Shown here: positions 1 to 12,777 of the stretch, piece by piece | How the letters are laid out: every line of letters starts with the position of its first letter | Position numbering within the stretch: position 1 is the stretch's first letter | DNA from: Ramazzottius varieornatus | Taxonomy: Eukaryota > Animalia > Tardigrada | Assembly (NCBI GenBank): GCA_001949185.1 | Contig: BDGG01000009.1 | Location: 1,167,624-1,231,623, forward strand | Length of the DNA stretch: 64,000 nucleotides | Reading direction: 5' to 3' | The notes under the pieces: generated by a model | Seen by the model: the letters and a program-made list of their open reading frames with translations, nothing else | Databases searched by the model: none | Told to the model about the DNA's origin: nothing | Translations under genes and position numbers: made by a program

Positions 1-90
1 ATTGTTTTCAAAAGCGGCGCATCTTTCTACTTTTAGTGGCTGGGAGCGTGCGCCACTTGATAAACCGATCTGGTGGACTTAGTTTGCAGC
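1..90. repeat. Palindromic family A copy (cut by window edge; probably MOB3 intron)
   Basis: AAGCGGCGCA-N27-TGCGCCACTTG plus outer arm. Confidence 0.85.
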
Positions 91-200
91 GGTCGTAATA
101 AAAAAAATTTATTGGAAAAAAATCACAAATAATAATAATCATCAATCTAAGAAATACTTTCAAAATAATCTGGAATTGGTGCGCGTTGTTTTTTACGTAC

Positions 201-1034
201 CGACGAAGACAGGGAAGACTTTGATATCATTGATGGTGGTGTCGACCCAGTCAAGTAGCAGTGTCAGGTATTCGCGAGCCGGCATTCTAGTGGGTTTTTT
301 GTACTCTCGCCCATCCGACCAGAAATATTCATACCTGTATGATATTATGCAAAAATACCAAATGAAGATATGCGGAGCAAATTGGACCGAGTCAACAGTT
401 AGAGAGTTCACGGTTCGAGCAAGTGTTTACTTTTGGCCAGCTGACATTGTTGGACATGTTGACGGAGTGCAGTAATCAGTTACCTGAAACAGGCAAAACA
501 TGTCCGGATTTAAACTAACATTGCCGTACGGACAGACGCACGACGTTGTCCAGCCGTTTTTGTTTGCTTTTCCACATAAGTAACGATGTAAATTCCCAGA
601 CTTACCGTGCCGTATATCAGGTTGATGCGGTTGAAGAAATCCACAACTACAAAACAAGAACACAAATTCCAGATTCGGGTCGTGAAAAAAAGGAGCTGCG
701 ATAGCTCTTACTGTAGACAGCAATCCAGTCTTCCAAACTTTCCCCTTCCGGAAGTCTTACTGTCCGCTTCAAGTCGACTTCCGTGTCGAAAGAGGCCAGC
801 GCTCGTTTATGCAGAGAGTACTTGAGGGTTCCTGGAGTGAAGTGTTTCTTCGGTCTGAACGTCTGCAAAGAAAAAATGCCCACTTCTGTCTTTTCCAGTT
901 GGTTCAGCACTGCAGGTTGACTGTTTCAAGGAGATTCTTTCTCGTAAAAGGGATCGTACCTTTTTGCGGCTGAAAAAGTCCATAAACTGGGCCATAGATC
1001 TGGCAGGCGGGAAGCCGGCGCTTTTGGGAGCCAT
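201..1034 (-). CDS. MOB3: MOB kinase activator 3-like (multi-exon, 3' end runs off the window)
   Basis: Spliced exons read MAQFMDFFSRKK / TFRPKKHFTPGTLKYSLHKRALAS...LPEGESLEDWIAV / VVDFFNRINLIYGT / VTDYCTPSTCPTMSAGQK / YEYFWSDGREYKKP...LLDWVDTTIND..FP, the MOB3 signature; GT-AG introns. Confidence 0.92.
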
Positions 1035-1996
1035 GATACCCTAGTCCAGACAGTGAAGATCACGTTTTTGTGGATTCAGCAAAGTAACGAGCTGACAACG
1101 CTGAAGGAGTTTCCAAGAGGCGATTGGAATGTCGATCAAGACCGAGATTTGTCACGGTCTGTCGCCGAAGCAGAGTCAAATGTTCCGCTTGTTTGTCGCT
1201 ATACGATGGATGATACCCACTACACCTTCATGCTTGATCAAATCCTACTACATTGTACCATTCTGCACGAAAAGCATAAAATGGCGAATGGCAATCTGAA
1301 GTATAAGATTGACTTGCTGAGGGACCAGTTAAATTGTAGCAGTAGGCATTTGTACGCGGTACAAGAAAGTAATAAGCACGCAAAATGTGTTAGCTAGAGC
1401 GATGCGGCCAACGCGAACTTTCGACCTGGAAATAGTGATCATAACGCGGCTAATCTGGCACTGACCACGACCACGATGCAGTTGGCGGAAACACTGCCAA
1501 CATGCGCTGATTTGGTGTCAGTGAGGCACTTGAGGCTCTTTGTCGCCTCTAAATGTTTTCGCAAGTGAGGCTCTGGCTGTATAAAATGAGAAACCTGTAC
1601 GAGATACCCACCGGTATACGCCCTCTTTTATTCGCCCCGGCTCAACCGACGCAGGCAGTGACGGTGCCGATTCTCAGCGCCGCGCAGTCTGTGCTACTTG
1701 TATAGACTACAGGTTTCCGTCAATTAACTTGTATTCAGCAGCTGGCATTATCAAGTGTTGCACAACTGACAACTTTACCCAGAGATAAAGATTTTCCCCT
1801 CGTGCTTGACCGTCTAATATGGCCCCCAATAACAGGCCGAAGAATTAGTAATTGCTCGTGAAAGTTGTTCGGTGTCTTTTGTTGGGGGTGGATAGAACGA
1901 TCGAAAATACTCTTGTGTTTACGTGTCTGATTGCTTTTTGTTTAGACCAATCTTAAGCTTGACTCAAAAGAAAAAACATGTGTTTTTTTCTGCCAG

Positions 1997-4540
1997 GCAA
2001 GTCGTCTCGCAGTCGACCTCCAGATACCCTGAACGCGACAGCGATGACGACTTTACCGATTCCGTCGGTATCCCTGAACCGCTTCCGGAATACGAATATC
2101 CAAGTCGCGTTCAAGGGCGGACGATCCAAGAAGTTCAGGAGATCAGAGAAAGTGTCCGTCTCCGCGAACCTTCCACCACATCGTCGGAGGACCACTCGCC
2201 GTCGCGCAAGACCCAGAAGCGTGGCCACAACTTCGGTCGCCACTTTGACATCACGCCGGAAGAGTACACATCAACACGCGCATTGATCCATCACCGTCTT
2301 CCCCCACCCAACTATGTCCCAGATTCCCCACCACCACCGCCGCCAGTGCTGGGCCAGACAGGTTCACGTCTCAGTTTGGCCGAGAGGAACCGCACGCCAC
2401 CGCCCACTCGGCCAATACACCTCTCTCGCCCACATTCCCAGTCACCGGACAACCGCTTGCGACCCGGCCAAGCTCAAGCCCGTCTTCCACCACCTAGCCC
2501 GGTATACACATATAACCACCGCAAAAAATTAAAGCCAACTAAACGCCCGATTAGTTTTAGATTAGAACGTCGGCGAATGCATTCACCCAGACCCAGAAAT
2601 AATGTTTTTTCGGACTGGCGCGCGCTCTTGACCAATAACAATAAAAACGTGCGCCAGTTAGGATCTGGGTGAGATCCGACGCAAATTACAATTTTTTATG
2701 TTTTGCTGGGTTTTGGTACCGGAGAATAATTTTCAGAAATTCATTTTCAATCTCTTTGTATCGTTTTGTGAAAAACTGATTTTGTCGGTTTCTGTCCTCG
2801 TATAACTAATTTGAATGGGATATTAGTCATCTGACTCTTCGTAGTCTGACAGTGTCTGTCCAACCAACAGGTGGCACCCTTCGTACATCATTCCGATGGG
2901 GAAGGTCGATACTACAGCGATCAAAAGCCGAAGAAGAAGATGAACATTGTCCGTCGCTTGTCCGAGCTAGTCCGCGGAGAACGAAAGCACAGAAAGCCCG
3001 AAATGGGGCGAAAGTCGTCGACTTCCTCCATGGAGCAAGAACAGGAGAACCGTCCCCCCGTCCGGCTGATCGCCGCTCGACAGCAAAGCCCGGTCCGGCG
3101 GTATCAAGACCAACCTCTGCGACAAACTGCGGCACCACCACAGGTCGTGTCCCGCATACCCAGCTTTAATCGTCCCGGTACATCCAATCGCAACTCGGGG
3201 AACTTTTCTGACAGCCAGACAGCTTCATTCACGTACCAAGAACAGCCGATACCGGTCTATGCACAGCCGAATAAGCTCTTGAAGCAGCAGAATTTACGGC
3301 ATCGGTCGATGTCCGAGTACGATCTCAGCTACAACCCTGGTCATTCCCCGAGTCGAAATATCCAGTATGTTGATAAACCGCTCAAGAACGCCAAAAGTAC
3401 GGAAAGTGTGTCCGAGTCGGTGTGGAAGGAGAAGGTGAGGTATCGATATGACCACGATCCCCCGGATGAGAAGTACGAGAAGGTGACCAAGACTACGCTG
3501 ATCCCGTGGGCCAAGAGTAAAGTCTTGAATCGGTCCGGTGATGAGGGACGAACTACCGCCCATGTTCGTCATGGCTTCTTTGACAAGGTTAGTGCAAGAC
3601 GGAATTCGGCAAACGAACTCAATAATTGTTCCATCCCCGGTGGCGCCAGTTTACGGTATTATTGGCTGGACGCGTGCGCCACTTGGAAAAGTGATCTTGT
3701 CGTGACGGTCTTAAGTAGCGCACCTTGTCTGTGTAAGTAATCGAGAACGTGCGCCACTTGGGGAAAACCATCTTCGCAAGTTTGTGTGCGGGGCTCTCAG
3801 TATTTTCTTTTCCTTTCTGAACGTACAAAATTTTGTTGCTGTAGGATCTGCAGCATTATCGAAGTACCCCAGCTCTACCCATCAACTCCAATCAAGTGGA
3901 CATGCGGATGATGCCGGCACCTGTGAAGCCACCTCGTCGTTACGAGTACGACGCTAACCGAGGTTCCGACTCTGATCGTTCAGAGCCCCTTCGTGTTCCG
4001 GTGCGCTCGTCGGAACGTCTTCGTGAGCATCGGATGACGTCCAACCCGGCTCCCGACTACTACAGCCAGCCATCCGAGACGTCCCGTCGAACTATCCAGA
4101 CCAGCACGAGTAGCGGCGGCGAGGACTCCACACCACAACCCACTCGAGTGCCTCTTCGTAGAGTGGAGACGACGATATCGACCCCTAGTAACCGGGCACC
4201 TAGAGCGCTGGAGCGTACAGCGGTGGTCAGAGGTCCCGTCGAGAAGATTCAGATACAGGTACAACCGGCGTACGCCAGGACTCGCATCGCAGCCAATGAT
4301 TACGCCAATAGAAGGTATCAGACGGACTTGAACCGAACACCACCGGAAGAAGTCAGCAGAAGGAGCGCCGTCAGGGAACAGAGCGGTGGGCGGGGACCTA
4401 GTGGGTATAAGGCGGCCTACAAAATGCTGATAGATAACCCGGCGGCATCGGGAGGTGGAGGAATGGTCCAGGAACGACGACGCATTTTCAATAATGCGCC
4501 TCAGCCAGCCAGAGCCGATTATTACGCCCATCGCAGATGA
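1997..4540 (+). CDS. Unknown Pro/Arg/Ser-rich, probably disordered protein (at least 3 exons: ~1997-2501, ~2871-3587, ~3845-4540; start not resolved)
   Basis: Three long open frames bounded by plausible splice sites; no recognisable domain. Confidence 0.6.
2565..2681. repeat. Family A copy, 1 unit, intronic
   Basis: ACTGGCGCG-N27-TGCGCCAGT. Confidence 0.75.
3601..3798. repeat. Family A copy, 2 units, intronic
   Basis: Two units ending GTGCGCCACTTGG; outer arms TCGGCAAAC / GGGCTCTC. Confidence 0.85.
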
Positions 4541-5368
4541 ATCCGCAAAACTCGCCGACTCCCCTTCGAAAAATGTCCATGACGCCATCCTGGATCAGAT
4601 TTCGTGTTTTAAAACAAAAAATATTTTGTACTGTATTTTGCTTTCTCTGTAACACTAATTCCTCGTTGGCTGTAGGATTATATCAAGCAAAAAGTTGATA
4701 AAAAAACAACCAAGATGATAGGTGGAGCCTTGTATTGATACATCCGACCGACCATTGTGGCGCATAGGTTATGTAGCCGGAAGTGGCAGACACGAAGGTG
4801 AATTTTTTTGTTCCTGTTTGACTTCCCATTCATGAGTGACGACAGTGGTTCAGAATCCACCTGGGTAGTGATCCGGATTCCATATCAGGATGAACAACTC
4901 CTACATCCCACGGCGTGACCGCCCATACGTGGTGCAAAGTAGCTCATCAACAGCTGCTTGCCAAAACAAAATGAGCTAGAGCCGGACGGGGTGTTACTAT
5001 CGATTTTTCCGACTGCTGCCTGGATTTTAAATTTACGATGAAAGTGACGGCTCTGTGACTGGGGCTGGCCTTCCAAAGCCATCCATATGGAGCTCACCCG
5101 TAAAGGCTAGGTCTGCTCTTTTTCGGGATGGAACGCCATTGCGAACGATTGCAACACACGTATCGCAACGGTGTAAATGATCCCTTATCATACGGGAGCG
5201 CAACAGTCAAGGCTGAAAAAGGTAATCGTTTAACCAGAGTTGCATTCCAAGTTGAATGTGATAGTCCTATCTGCTGATCTTTTACTTTCAGAGTTTTACT
5301 ACGTCGGCATTGAAGGGGACTATACAGAAACCGGAAGTGACGGCTAAACGCCCGTCCATCCATTCCAT

Positions 5369-8300
5369 ATGGACGCCGCAAGCAGGCTGGGTACGGCAGA
5401 AAGTACTCTGATTCCTCCTTCGGGCAGTCCAGCTCGACCATCTGGACTCCAGGGTCTCGTCACTCACTACCAGGAAGAACCGCTGGTGGGCTTTGCATGT
5501 TGTAACTGGGAGCTAGGCCAGTATATGAAACGTTCAAGATCTTCATTTCAAGAAGCGCACGCTTCCGGCCAGTAACAATAAAAAGATGCGCCACTTCGGG
5601 AAAAAACAACCAAACTCGACAGGATCGTTTTCCAAGTGGCGCACGTACCCAGCCAACAATAACGGAAACGTGCGCCACCTGCAACAACGATCTTGGGCGT
5701 TTCGTTTGCCGACTTCCAACTAACCTTCCTTTATTACTATATATTATCCTTTTACCACAGCAAAATCCGCAATGGTTCGAATTCTGGAAGTACAACTTTT
5801 GCATTCGGGAGAACGTCAGTTTCGGCACTTTGGGCGTATTCTCGGCCGTCTTGGCGCATCTACTCAACGTGATAGTGTTCCTGCGAACTGGCTGGATAGT
5901 GGTAAGTCCCAGCTAGCAGGCGACCGTTTCGTAACAATTTTATCGCCCGTCAAAAGACGTCGTGGATCAAACCGTTTAATCGGGCCGCCCTAATGAATGC
6001 AGTATTTTAGGGGGAAGCCGGGATTCTGTACAGCCTCTTAATCTCACTGTGCTTATGGACTTTCGCGGCCATCACTGTGCTATCGGCATATGGCATCCTC
6101 ATGCGATCGGGCCGCCAAACTTGTCAGGATGTCTACCAAATTTTACAGGTCACTCTGGGAACCCGGGCTGCTGCATCCATCGGCGTCATCTACTCATTCA
6201 CCCACGTAAGGAAATTCTGCATTTTTTTCCCCGAAATTCTGCCGTTCGTCTACAGTATAAGGTCCTTCCTTGTCCACGTGCGTACCAATGTTCTTTTTCT
6301 ACAGGCCGCTTCCTCCGCACTGCAAGTTCTTGGTGAGTTCTTCAAAATTACATTTCGTTGTAAAGAACAGAAAACACGCCGTACAGAAGGCACGGGCAAG
6401 CATTCCGTGATGAGCTTCTGGTTCGCAGGTATGGGAGAACTGCTTGTCGGAGTTTCGTTGGACATGCTGGACAATGTATGGGCGATCCGGGTGACAGCGG
6501 TTTGCTGCCTCATAGTACTGACATGTAAGGGGGAGAATGCTGTCAACTTCATTGCCCAATAACTGCTTATCATGATCGCTCTCCCGCACGTGTTTAGGGC
6601 TAAACGTATTTGGGATAAAATGGATTATCCGCGCCCAATACGTGATTGTAATCATCCTGTCGTTGGGAGTTGGCGACTTTTTCGTGGGCTCGCTCTACCA
6701 GGAAATTCCAGGTCAATATCACAAGCTTTCTGTCTGGCGGACATTTCTCTTTTGAAGAAAGCCAACTGTTTGCAGAATATGGCGTCGAAAGGCCTTCGGC
6801 GGAAATCTTTAAAGAGAACCTGTATGTACAGTACGACAACTGGCACGGCTTCTGGAAGAACCTTGGATTATATTTTCCCAGGTAAAGCGACAAGTACCGG
6901 ACGGTACAGTTCGAAAGCTATGAAAGATCGTTGTTGCTTTCTAGTGTTGCTGGTGTCCTTGTCGGTTTCAATATTGCACGTAAGTCGCCACATTCACAAG
7001 TTGCCTCTTTTGCCGGTCTTTTAGTTTGCCACTACTCAACCTTTCTAGGCGACCTGCGTGATCCACAACGAAGCATCCCCAAAGGAACCTTTGCCGCCAT
7101 GTTATGCGGGTTAGTTCCAAAGTCGAATCTAAATTTTGAATTTGAAGCGGCACCGCATCGGGTGGCCTTCGTTAGGGATGTTTGGATATTATGACTGAAC
7201 GTAGGACCGTCTAAGACTAGCTGTTTTACAGCATGTCGGTCCACATTATGTTCATTCTCATGCTCGGCGCTTGCGTGCTGCGAAGTTACTTGGTGGAACA
7301 TCCGCATATCACTATCAGGGTTCGTGAAGTCTTCTGGCCAAAAAATGTTCATGCTGAACATACAACGGCTTGTCAACTAAAATTCCTCATTGCAGATGGC
7401 AGCGCTCCATGTCTTCATCATAATTGCCGTATCTATTTCGGCTGGGGCGGTGGGGATGGGCGCCATCTTCAACGCATCCCGCGTTCTAGCAGTAACTTGC
7501 GCTCAGAGTTTCAGCTTAAAAAAACTGTGCCTCTACCATATTACAACCTTTAAGATCAAAGAGTTATTCTTTCGTTGTTCTTCAGAGAGTGGCAAAAGAT
7601 ACGTCTATTCGCGGAGTGAAACAGCTCGACTGGATGGTACGATCTTCTTCTTCCCAGGCAGTACTTCTTGAACCTCACAGAGCGCTTTTCTCTTGTAGTG
7701 GGATCGATTCCAGACTCCAGTCTTCTCCATTCTCGTGGTTTTTCTTACATCGCTGCTGTTCGTGCTGATCGGGCATATCAACTTTCTTGCTCCAATCATA
7801 ACAACCTCGTAAGTTCGTGCGGTTCACATGCTTATGTGGGACATTGTCGAATGAACTGAACACACGTGTCAACCCAAGTGGCACACGTATTCATTGTTAA
7901 TGGCTGACACATAGCGCCACTCGGGAAAACACATTCTGATGTTATTTGCTTTGAATTTAATTTTGATGTTTTAGGCATTTGATGACATTTTCCGCTATAA
8001 ACTACGCGTACTTCGCGCTGTCGACTACCTACAAGTTGCAAGTTAAGCGGGACTACAAAGCAACCACGGAATGGTTGCAGCAAGGTCTGCGTGAAGGACG
8101 GATAGCTTCACCGGACAGTCGGCATCAAAGTCCGAAGTTCCCGCGTTCTCCCGAACAGCACGAAACCATGTCTCACAGCAGCTCCGTTACCTCGGAAAGA
8201 AGCCACCTGTTAGGCTCGGGATCTGCAGGACACACGCCCAAAGAAGCCCTCTTGCCTCCACTGATAGGTACGTAGGCCGTTTTTAGCAATCACCGGATGG

Positions 8301-9059
8301 AATAACTGACCAATTCGGCATTCGACTTTGCAGTTGCCAGCCAAGTGCTCAGTAAGCCAGGAGACACTCTTTTGCGGTTCCACAACCGTTGGGTCGCTCT
8401 GGCAGCCGTAAGTAAAGGGGGAGCTCGGCAAACACAGTCAACCACATCGTTGCCTTAAGTGGCGCGTTTGTTCAATGTGGTTGGCTCAAAGCGAATGCCA
8501 CGTGAAAGAGCGATTCCGTCGAGTTCGATGGTTTTTCCAAGTGGCACAGGTTTTCGGTTTTATCGCCGGGAAGCGTGCGTCACTTGGGAAAACGATCGGG
8601 CCGACTTTGTATGCCGGGCTCTCAAATATTCATACATTTATCTCATTGACAGACTTTTTATACTCTAGCTAACTTCCGCCTCTTTTGTAGTCCGTCATCA
8701 TGATAGTCATTGCATTTCTGATCCAATGGGAGTCTGCTCTGTCGGCCATCAGTACCCTCGGACTCATTTACATTTCAGTCAGCTACTTGACTCCACGACC
8801 CACAGCAGGCAAGTCTCCGTAATCGAAAGCTGTTTTAGCATGATCAACAGTAAACTTCGACCGTATTCTAGGCATCGTGGAGTTTCGCCCGGTGGACTGG
8901 ATAGTCTCGAAGTTCACTGGCGAAACCTACAACGACCTGGAGACGGAGACCCTCCAAACCGTTTCCACTGCCGGTGCGCCGGAAGAAAGTAGGTTCATCC
9001 GAAGCCTAGGTTCTCCGCATTTACCCACCTCAAGTTCTGCTCCATTTCTCTCTGGCTAA
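5369..9059 (+). CDS. SLC12A8: SLC12A8-like cation-chloride cotransporter family (APC fold) membrane protein, multi-exon
   Basis: Exons encode FGTLGVFSAVLAHLLNVIVFLRTGWIV/GEAG, VWAIRV, GLYFP/SVAGVLVGFNIA/GDLRDPQRSIPKGT and MTFSAINYAYFALS, matching SLC12A8 motifs. Confidence 0.85.
5508..5717. repeat. Family A copy, 2 units, SLC12A8 intron
   Basis: CAAGTGGCGCA-N27-TGCGCCAC, linker CAAACTCGACAGGATCG. Confidence 0.9.
7838..7950. repeat. Family A copy, 1 unit, SLC12A8 intron
   Basis: CAAGTGGCACA...AGCGCCACTCG. Confidence 0.75.
8419..8623. repeat. Family A copy, 2 units, SLC12A8 intron
   Basis: GGGAGCTCGGCAAAC ... TGCCGGGCTCTC with two units. Confidence 0.88.
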
Positions 9060-9219
9060 CAACTTCGTTGCACCAAATTTTTAAACCCAGTCTAAAGACC
9101 GATACTTTCTTCTTCGATCTCACCCTTCCTTGTTGCGTTCAGCTGCTTTTTTAGAACAAAATTCTATTGGGTCTTCTCAGTTTTTTGCTTTTACTCACAG
9201 TGAACTGCGTATAAAACTA

Positions 9220-9364
9220 TTGTAAAAACCCGCTGGGTCCGCGCAGTACGTACATGTACGTGACGATGCACCCCCGCAGGGGGTTGAACAAGCAGTGAAG
9301 CCGGACCGGGTTTGTACTTCACGTGTACGATGACGTACCGCGCGGACGCAGCGGGTTTTCACAG
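9220..9364. mobile_element. 145-bp MITE with ~32-bp terminal inverted repeats and TA flanks
   Basis: Left TA|TTGTAAAAACCCGCTGGGTCCGCGCAGTACGT vs reverse complement of right end TA|CTGTGAAAACCCGCTGCGTCCGCGCGGTACGT. Confidence 0.75.
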
Positions 9365-9570
9365 TATTTTTCTAAAATCAAGTGGAGGCAAACACCTCCC
9401 CGAACAGAGTCCCCGTCCCGTTAGAAAATAAAAAACTAAAAATAGCTGCTGGGGTTATGCTCAACTGTAAGGCTAAATCTTGAATGAGCAAATTTCGTGG
9501 AACTATTGGGAAAAATTTTGACGAAAGATCAATCTGGCCGACCGAGGGCACAGTCTAGTATGAAGCCGCA

Positions 9571-10650
9571 CTAATCATCTGGGTTCTTCTTGCTGGCGAG
9601 TTTTGCATCGACCAGAGGTTTGAGAGCTTGAATCTTGGTGGCAAAAGCGATAAAGTCGTACTTATCTCTGCCGGCGTTGGACGTGATCCCTTGGCCTTCA
9701 GGATCAAAGTAGTTGTACATGTTGCTTCGACCTCCCTTGCTCTGACCGAACACCTTCTGCTGTTCTTCGCAGGTCTTAAGAATGGTCAAGTACCAGCAGA
9801 AAGCGTAAACCGACATCTGTTCTCTTCATTTCCCATTGGTAGCATGTTCAAATGGGACCTCGACAAACCACCTCGAGACGATTGTTCTCCCCAAGCGGTG
9901 CATTCGTGCAGCTAATCTCACTGAAAAAGTGCACCACTTGGGACAACAATCAAACTCACCAGGATCGTTTCTCCAAGTGGCGCACGCTTCCAGCTAATAC
10001 CACGGAAAAAATGTGCCCCTTGAGAAAGCAGTTTTGGCTGAGTTTGATTGCCAAACTCTCAAACAGGGGTCAATCGGAGGTACGTGTCGTAATACTTCTA
10101 GAAGCCCTGTAAGGTGAACTTGCGGAACGATTCCGGCACGTCGAAGGTGGGAGAAGGGCTAGCGCTCGACCCAGGATAGTCATCTACCGGTCCGACCGCG
10201 GCTGGTTCCGCGTTAGGTACGTCCAGCACCTTGGACACAGCGTCAATTACAGCCACACGCAAAGTCTCGTAGCTGACGTTGAGGTTGTAGCTGACCACGG
10301 AAGGTTCGTCGGCTCTCGCTTTGTCGCAACCTGAACAGAATACCAACACCTGTAGTCCCTGCAACGTTCTGGCAGTCCACGCTACGAAGCACTTTCACTT
10401 TGTTCAGGAGGACGGAACCCGGATTTCTGCTGAGAATAAGTCTACCTGGTTCGTTACGGTAGGGGTAGTCGTTCATCAAACTGCGAATTGGGATCAGCAG
10501 GCTGGAGATGGACTGTGCGGCACTCCAAGGAGGTCCTAACAGAAAATGACTCTTCACCAACGAATGCGTTTTCCATCGCCGGATGAAACTGAAAAGTATA
10601 ACGTACCAGATCACGTTCCGATCAGACTGAGGCAGACATATCCGTTTGCG
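9571..10650 (-). pseudogene. UBE2Z-like ubiquitin-conjugating enzyme, 5'-truncated with in-frame stop
   Basis: [14 protein letters not shown] (TGA at 10613-10611 where Trp is expected) / [30 protein letters not shown] / [14 protein letters not shown]; the N-terminal half of the UBC fold was not found upstream. Confidence 0.7.
9854..10060. repeat. Family A copy, 2 units, UBE2Z-like intron
   Basis: GGTGCA-N27-TGCACC unit plus CAAGTGGCGCA unit. Confidence 0.88.
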
Positions 10651-11622
10651 TCTCTTCCTCCACTTCTTTCTTTCGCTTTGTGCCGTGATCTATGGTGGCC
10701 GTGTTGCTCATCTGCAAGACGGATCAGTCTGACGAGTGCTGTCACAGAACAATACTAGCAAACGTACCTCCCGGGGGCAACGTAGTACGTTGCCTGGTCC
10801 CTTTGAAATCGCTCCTTCAGAGTCTGGACTTTTCCACCGTCAAGTTAGGAAGCAAAAGGTAAGGATAGTAAGTAACTGGAACGGAAGCAAAAATAGAATA
10901 AAGATGACAAGCGCGGGCTACTGCTGAATGAACCAAGAGCAGCTGATCCACAACAAATTGTGACGGGTAAGCCAGCCCCTTTGTGACATCACGGAAACCT
11001 TTTCTGGCTCGGTGGGAATATCGTCTAGCCTTTTATTCGTTAAAGCACGCTCATAACGTCAAGAGCCGGTTGACCTGGTCACCTGAGTGATTGCCCAGAA
11101 AAGCGGAAAATGTTGTCTTGTTTCGCAGCGTGCCTAGGTTCCAGTTGACCATTGTCCAGCGGGCCGCGACGCGGCAACCAGACGAGTCCTCGTTCCTTTC
11201 TGTCCTACTTCTTTCCAGCCGAACATTGCAAATTCACATAGCTAATGTTGAGAAAAATTTCAAAGACGCATTCAACGGGACAACAAACCGCGAACTTCTC
11301 CACCGCCAATAAGAAACCGAAGGGAAAGCGTGCTGCATTCAGTCTATTGGTCCAGCAACTTAAATTCTATGTCCCGTAAAATCTGGCTGTAGTACGAACA
11401 AACGCGGTTGACTCATAGTATTCTAGAGGCTGTTAATAACGTGGAGCCACTGTAAAGAGCGTAGTACACATAGGTAAAAATGCAAGAGGCAAACCGCAAA
11501 ATTTATGACCTATGGTTCGCCGTTTGATCGAAGCAACTTAAAATTCATAGAATTACGCATATTAAGGCAAACGTACAAATTTCTCTGTTTCTTTAACCAG
11601 ATATGGCTTCCCTGACCGGTAG

Positions 11623-12777
11623 TTATCTTGCTGTCGCTGTGGTAGTATCATCGGCGTTCATCGTGGCGACTTTCTCAGCTGTCCGTGTCAGAGGTGCTGC
11701 GGGCTGACTTGCGGAGGTCGACGAGTGCCCGAGAGGCAATGTCGGTTTCTTCTTCTCAAAACCTGCAAGAAAGCCAAGTTCGTGAGATCATTTGTCAAGC
11801 CTCGTGACCTCTGCAGATGTTTATGAAGGAGGAGGGAGAACACCTACCTTTTGCAAGGTCCGTAACGTTAGCGTAAGCAGTTAACGCCAGGTCTTTTGAT
11901 GCAGCGGGATAGCAGACAACCGCAGCTCCTCCAAGTCCAGCTGACGTATACAGTACTTTCTTCAAGAAGTTTTCTGCGTAGAAAACGACCATAATCTACT
12001 ATGGTTTCTGCTATCTTTGCCGTCATTCGGATACTTGGGAGACCGGCAGACAATCTCAGGATGGTCATCACTTCAAGTGGCGCAGTATTCTCTGTTATTA
12101 GCTGGAAAAGTGCGCCATCTGAGATCATAATCATCCCCAGCTAGTTCGCTGGCCTCTTCCTTACTTCTAATGGCCAACAGCAGTCCCAGCAGTCCCCCTG
12201 CTGATATAACTATGGCGCGAGGTAAGACTTTGGTGTCATCCCGTAGCATTTCCAGTGCGGCTACAACATCGAAGAACAGATTACAGACGCAGTATACACT
12301 ATTGCCTCGAAAGAACCGCCATACGTCACATGTATCACGTACGAGGCACACGGCGGTTTTTATCTGGGTAACACAGTGGCTCTTCCTGTTTTCTAACAGA
12401 GCTCCTCAGACATCCGATTTTCCTCATCCATATTTACGGATGTTCGATTTCGAAGACAGAAAAGGTTGACTTACTCTTTGAGTGGGCTTTTCCAATCTCA
12501 TATTTGTCACGCAGTTTTTCCCGGGACTTCTAAAACGAGAAGAATAAGTATAAGGCGATGGTACAAGCATGCCATGATCGTCCAGTCTTTCAGGCGTATA
12601 GTATACGTGTTGAACGTCCACGACACTTTCTGAATTGGTGCTAACCGCGGATTCCTGCCACCAGCCACCGATGGATCTTCTGACTTCTCCAATCTTTTCT
12701 TCAAGGATAGGTGGAGGTGTTGGTTCGACAAAGTAGGCTTGCCTTGTGGGAGGAGGTTGTTCATCATAGACCGGAAG
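11623..12777 (-). CDS. MICOS subunit MIC26/MIC27 (apolipoprotein O family); 5' exons upstream of 12777 not resolved
   Basis: LPVYDEQ...YFVEPTPPPILEEKIGEVRR, LPRAIVISAGGLLGLLLA and KKVLYTSAGLGGAAVVCYP match the ApoO/MIC26 two-TM pattern. Confidence 0.8.
12037..12160. repeat. Family A copy, 1 unit, MIC26 intron
   Basis: CAAGTGGCGCA-N26-TGCGCCATCTG. Confidence 0.85.

Noticed and set aside
10611-10613. TGA near the E2 active site as selenocysteine
   Set aside because: It replaces a conserved Trp, not the catalytic Cys, and the gene lacks its N-terminal half.
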